Source: the human T2T-CHM13v2.0 reference genome, Homo sapiens. From it: a stretch of 64,000 nucleotides of DNA. Positions 55,889 through 64,000 of the stretch are shown here, piece by piece. The notes under the pieces are model-generated. The model did not search any database, had not been told where the DNA came from, and saw only the letters and a program-made list of their open reading frames with translations. The stretch is taken from NCBI RefSeq assembly GCF_009914755.1, contig NC_060943.1; one strand, 5' to 3'. Position numbers and translations under genes: made by a program. Position 1 is the first letter of the stretch. Each line of letters begins with the position of its first letter.

Positions 55889-57433
55889 GCTCTCATAAGA
55901 CAAGGATACTGTAAGGATTGAATGAAATTAAACGCCAAGTGCTTAGGACCAGTAGATAGTATTTGCTCAATAAATGTTAGCTACTACCGTTTTTACTATG
56001 ACTATTGCTGTTACCATTACTATTGCTGTTACTAATATCATGTTGGTTACTGACACTATTACTAATACTATCACTAACATATTACTAATACTACCATGCT
56101 TACTATTACTGGCAGGCCCTATAGGGAGGAGCAAGATGGGTGTGGTTGCTACCCAGGGTAGTCTATGTATTAGAACTTCTCAAGGGAACCATCAGGCCTC
56201 CTTCCTGTTTTGTGGCAGACATCATTAATCAATCCCTGCATGGTTTCCAGCCAAGCCCACACAAGAGGAGAATCCTGGGCATTACTTGACAGTGTCCAGA
56301 CTCCTTCCCCTGTGTCACTTGGCATCCTCAGTGGCCTCCCTGCTTCCGACCTTGCCTTTTGTAGTCTGTACCCAAAACGGCTGCCAGAGGGATCCCATTA
56401 CAACGTGTCACTTCTCTGCTTAAAACCCTCCCATGGCTCCCTCATCTTAGTCAGAGTCCTTAGACCTATAAGCCTTTCATGAGTGGACCACTCCTTAACT
56501 CTCCATCCTGCTCTCCTAATACTCCCCCAGTTCAGTGCTCCAGCCACACTATTCTCAGCCTTGAGCCCCATCCTACCTCAGGCACTCCACTTAACACTTC
56601 ACCCCCAACCCCAAAACTTCCTATCCACCACCCTTGCCCGGCATTATTTATCTCCATAACACATATCATGAACATACTGTATGTTCTACTTATTTATTTC
56701 TTGTGTGTCTCCCCAACTGATGTAATCAATTGGTGTCCTGTCTGCCTATTGCTGTATCCCCGCAGCTTAAACATTCTAGGCACCTAGTGAATATTTGTTG
56801 AGTGAATTAATGCATGGATTCCCCTGGATTATCCCAAGTTTCCTCTGGGTATTTCAGTGGACCTGGCTTTGCAGAAATCACTCTCCCCTGAACTTCACTT
56901 GGTCTAGATCATCCTCCCCTGAGTCTCATGGAATTACTTGTCTTCTCTTGAAGAACTTACTAGAGTTCAGGTGCTCCTCTTCTCTCACTTGTTTCTTTCT
57001 CCGTGGCTCTCTCACTAGTTAGATCCCACTCTATCCATTTGTCTCTTGCCCTTCCTACTTCACTCCCCACTGTGCTACCTTGGTCTCCATGACAGAACCA
57101 ACTCACCCTATCTCAATTCTAGGTGGAATTCTCTACCCTCACCTTGCCTCTCTTGGTAGAGTTCACCGCATTCCATGGTTCAATGCAAATGCCAGCCTTG
57201 TCCCTTATAGTATCTTCCCCTCTTCCCTAATATCTCACTTGGTAGAGTCCATTGGCTCAATGCAAATGGCCCCTCTGCCCATTATGGTATCCTCCTCTCT
57301 CCTCTAAAGTCTCACTTGATAGAGCCCATTGTCTGGTGAGTTACTTTGGATTTGGAGAACTCTCAGCATGCACACACGCTAGGATATTCATTGGCCTCCA
57401 CACATACCCGACCACCTGGTCCCCTCAGCTTAC

Positions 57434-57566
57434 TTGGTAGCATAACCCATGCTGAGCATGCGGTTGGTGAGGTGCCGGTCATCCCCAAAAGTACAGTGGG
57501 TACCCAGGAACTTCTGGTTGTACCAGGCCTCAAGAAACTGCTGCAAGAGGTTATTCCTATATAGGC
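57434..57566 (-). CDS. HAS1: HAS1 exon 4 (GDD motif)
   Basis: cccag|GC; [43 protein letters not shown]; AA|gtaagc; 133 nt. Confidence 0.97.
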
Positions 57567-57599
57567 CTGGGTGGAGGGGAGGTGTGAAAGAGTGTCAGC

Positions 57600-58135
57600 C
57601 TCTGCTGTCACCAACACCAACTCCAATGCTGTTTCCAGCCCCAACCCCATCTCCAGTTCCAACCCCATCCTCAGTCATCATAATCTCAATCTCAGCACTA
57701 TCTCCAATCCCATCTCCAGCCCGAATCCTGTCCTCAACCTCATACGCACTCCAACTTGCCTGTCATTGAACTATACCCACTGTGACTGCAAACCTGCCCA
57801 CCCCAGTCTCATCACCAATCCCATATCCATTCTCAGCCCCATCCAAAACCCACTGCAACCTCAAACCTGGCTCCAACTCTGTCTTTGACTCCAAGCCTAT
57901 CCCATCTTCTTCCCCAGCCCCAGCCCCAATCGTCATCCATATCCTTTTTCCAACCTCACTCCCCACACCAAACTCAGCTTGAGCCCAAGCAGCATCCTCA
58001 CCGCCAGCTTCCAGTTTTATCCCATCCCCAATTCCTGCCCTGCTGCATCTTTGTTCCCAACCCCAGTCACATCCTCAGCCCCATCCGGCTTCCCTTCTCC
58101 CTTTCCACCCCATCCACAGCCCTCCCAATCTCTGC
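57600..58135 (-). repeat. G-run-rich degenerate hexamer repeat, HAS1 intron 3
   Basis: Repeated GGGGTT/GGGGCT/GGGAT on the sense strand. Confidence 0.8.
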
Positions 58136-58145
58136 CCCTGCTTAC

Positions 58146-58371
58146 CTAGAGGACCGCTGATGCAGGATACACAGTGGAAGTAGCTCTGACAAGCCCGCTC
58201 CACATTGAAGGCTACCCAGTATCGCAGGCTGCTTAGGAAGCTGACCCAGGAGTCCAGAGGGTTAAGGATCCGCACGTCCCCACCAACAGCCCCTACCCGG
58301 GGGTCCTCGTCCAGTACCCGCACGAGCTCCAGCAGTGCCATGGGGTCCAACCTTGTGTCCGAGTCACAGAC
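58146..58371 (-). CDS. HAS1: HAS1 exon 3 (GT2 DSD motif)
   Basis: ttacag|[10 protein letters not shown]...CVSCISGPL; G|gtaagc; 226 nt. Confidence 0.97.
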
Positions 58372-58524
58372 CTGTAAGGTGGAAGGGGCCAGGATCAGCA
58401 CAGACCCCTGCATCAGGCTGATGCTTGAGAGGAAGGCATCAAGGGGTGCAATGCAGCTGGGGCACTCTGCAACCGATCTGAACATAATTTTGAGATTTTT
58501 TAAAGTCATTTTCAATGTGTAGTC

Positions 58525-59115
58525 ACAGTTTAACATGTACTCCAAGATGCACATCCTTGTATGAACATGAACAATAAGACATATACCATCTCCTCTGGTG
58601 TGTGAGTGAGACCCCTAACTTGCTACTAAGCAATAGAATATGGCAGAAGTTATGGGATATAACTGCCATGATTATATTACCTAATATGGAAATGGTGAAT
58701 AGGTTTTGCAATGTAATTAAGTCCCCAAATCTCTTGACTATAAGTTAATCAAAAGGAGATTATCCTGGGTGGGCCTGACCTAGTCAGGAGAACCTTTAAA
58801 AGCAGACCTAGAAGTCAGAGAGTCTCCTTGCTGGCCTTGAAGAGGCAAGCTACTGCTACCATGAGTTCTATGGCTGCAAGAAAGTGAATTCTGCCAACCA
58901 ACAAATACATACGCTTGAAAGATAACCCCAAGCCTTAAAAAAGACCCAGCTCCAGCTGACACCTTGATTGCAACCTGGTGATATCCTGAAAAAAGGATCC
59001 AGTTGAGCTGTGCTGACTCTGGGCTCATAGAAACTATGAGATAATAAATGTGTTTCGTTCAAGCTGCCAAACATATGGTAACTTGTTATGCAGCAATGGA
59101 AAACTAATATAATGC
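58525..59115 (+). mobile_element. MLT1-type LTR in HAS1 intron 2
   Basis: GGAGATTATCCTGGGTGGGCC..GAAACTATGAGATAATAAATG..GCAGCAATGGAAAACTAATA. Confidence 0.75.
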
Positions 59116-59133
59116 ATTAGAATTGCTACACCA

Positions 59134-60315
<1,182 letters not shown>

Positions 60316-60383
60316 GGAAAGACCCCAGGAAAGTGGGATTTGGGTGTTCGGGTCACGAGTGGGCTGAAGGCGCCTCTACTCAC

Positions 60384-61076
60384 CTGCACGTAGTCCACCG
60401 AATCTCCGAGCGCCTTGAAGGCTGTGTACATGACCTCGCGCTTGCCGCCCCAGCGCTGCGCCACGCACACGCACCTGCGAGTCCTCACCAGCGCCTCCAC
60501 TGCCAGCCGCCCAGGATCCTCCGCCTCCACCTCCCGATAGGCTCCGGCGCCCACCGCGCCCGCCGCCGCGGGTTCCCAGGGCTGGTGGTAGTTGCCGTCC
60601 CACACGTACGTGGCGGGGTCCTCGTCAGCGAAGACCTCGCGGAACATGTCGACCATGTAGAGGTCCTCGGCGCGGTTGCCATCCACCACCATGAGGACGC
60701 GCAGCCGCGCGCGCGGGTACAGCAGGGCGCGGGCGGACGCCAGGCACTGGCGCAGGTACGCGGGGTCCTCCTGGTAGGCGGAGATGGTCAGCGCCACACT
60801 GCGCGCGGTGGCTGCATCCAGCGGCCCCCGCGCCGCCGCCGCCACCCGCCGGTGCTCCAGGTACGCGAAGAGGCTCTGCGCCACCAGGTGCGCTGAAAGG
60901 AAGGCCCCGTAGAGGCCGAAGGCCAGGAGGCCGTAGCGATCGGAGGCCAGCGGCACCCCGGCGGCGTAGGCCCAGGTCATGAGGCCCAGGATGAGCAGGG
61001 CGAAGGCGATGGTCAGCACCCTCCGGGCCAGGCCGGAGCAGCGGCAGGCTGCAGGAGTGGGCTTGGGCGCGTCCTG
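60384..61076 (-). CDS. HAS1: HAS1 exon 2 (alternative start 61073 via CAGCAG tandem acceptor)
   Basis: [25 protein letters not shown]...DGN...[23 protein letters not shown]; CAG|gtgagt; 693 nt. Confidence 0.97.
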
Positions 61077-61299
61077 CTGGGAGCGAGAGGGGAAAGGAAG
61101 GGGCATGAGTCCCGGGCGCATGAGCCTCCTCCGAGAGAAGATTAAAAATCCTTTCCTTCCTTCCCTCCTTCCCTTTCCCTCCCCTCCCTCTCTCTCTCCC
61201 TCCCTCCGTCCTTCCTTCTCTTTATCTTTCTCTCTCTCTGTGTCTGTCTCGCTGTCTCTCTCTCTCTCTCGCTCTCGCTCTCCCTTTCTCTCTCCTTTC

Positions 61300-63080
<1,781 letters not shown>

Positions 63081-63319
63081 TCTACAACAATCTTATAAGG
63101 CAGGTACCTTCACTGTCTTCTGTTACAGATGAGGAAACTGAGACACTGAGAGGCAAATACTTTTACCCAAGGTCACTCAGGTAATAAGCAGAGTCAGAAG
63201 TAAAACTCAGGCAGTCTGGCTCTGGCGTCCCCTCTACGCTAAACTGCCTCCTATGCCACCAGTTCCTGCCTCAAGGCTTACTGTGGGTTATTTAAATGCG
63301 TCGTTAAGATGTAGATCTT

Positions 63320-64000
63320 TGTGTCCAACACAGGTGTCAGCAGCCACATGTGTCTACCGAGTACTTGAAATGCAGCCAGTATCACCGAGGAACTGAGTTT
63401 TAAATTTTATTTAATTTTAATTCATTTAAATTTAAAAACTCTTACTTGATTCGGTTATTGGAAAGATTTTAAATATGTCTGGAACAAGTTGCATCTACGA
63501 TGCCCCTTTTATAATTGTAAATCTTATAAAATCTAAACACAGATTAGGTATTTCCAGTGAAAAGGTAGCATCTAAGTGAGAAGTGCTATGAACACACTGG
63601 ATTTTGAAGGCCAAGTCTGGGGAAAAGAAAGTAAAATAGCTCATTAACATTTATGTATTGATTACATATTGAAATGATCATATCTTATATGTAGCAGGGG
63701 TCGGCATGCTAAGACCTGCTGCAGCCTGCAGGCTAAGAATTTGTGTGTGTGTTTTTAGATGGTTTTTGAAAGCCAAAAGAAGAATAATAGTTTGTGGAGC
63801 ATGAAAAATATGAAATTCAAATTTCAGTGTCCTTAAAGGAAGTTTTATTTGCATACAACCACATTCATTTGTTTATACATCATCTGTGGCTGATTCTACA
63901 TTTACCACATCGAAGTTGAGTACTTTCAAAAGAGACCAGATGGCCCCCAAAAGCCTCAAATATTTAATATTGGGCCCTTTATTTAAAAAAATGTGCTGGC
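63320..64000. mobile_element. hAT-Charlie fragments (Charlie1/MER33-like, then MER58)
   Basis: AGCCACATGTG..TGAGTTTTAAATTTTATT; CAGGGGTCGGC..GAAATTCAAATTTCAGTGTCC. Confidence 0.65.

Noticed and set aside
55974-56110. Thr/Ile-rich ORF resembling a mucin or TM segment
   Set aside because: Degenerate (TAC/TAT)n simple repeat at a MIR tail in HAS1 intron 4

Overview
Human genomic DNA that I recognise as the chr19q13.41 locus. It holds the miR-99b/let-7e/miR-125a cluster (33775-34502, +), the complete 9-exon CDS of the sperm-egg fusion factor SPACA6 (34690-46287, +, 324 aa) and coding exons 2-5 of hyaluronan synthase HAS1 (54590-61076, -; exon 1 lies beyond the window end). The first ~29 kb is almost all interspersed repeat (Alu, L1, MaLR/ERVL, LTR12, DNA transposons). 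Less obvious items found by reading the sequence: (1) a decayed, repeat-coding Ser/Thr/Pro-rich exon on the - strand (~25720-27360) whose frame is rejoined when a Tigger4 insertion is removed, a candidate lost gene; (2) a fully paired 29-bp pre-miRNA-sized hairpin (23248-23320) apparently made by template switching inside an LTR16; (3) a ~2 kb BED-finger hAT transposase fossil; (4) a DR1/CRE-rich promoter between miR-125a and the SPACA6 ATG; (5) the cryptic splice sites behind known HAS1 variants. Repeat subfamily names and repeat boundaries are by-eye estimates; exon and miRNA boundaries were counted base by base.
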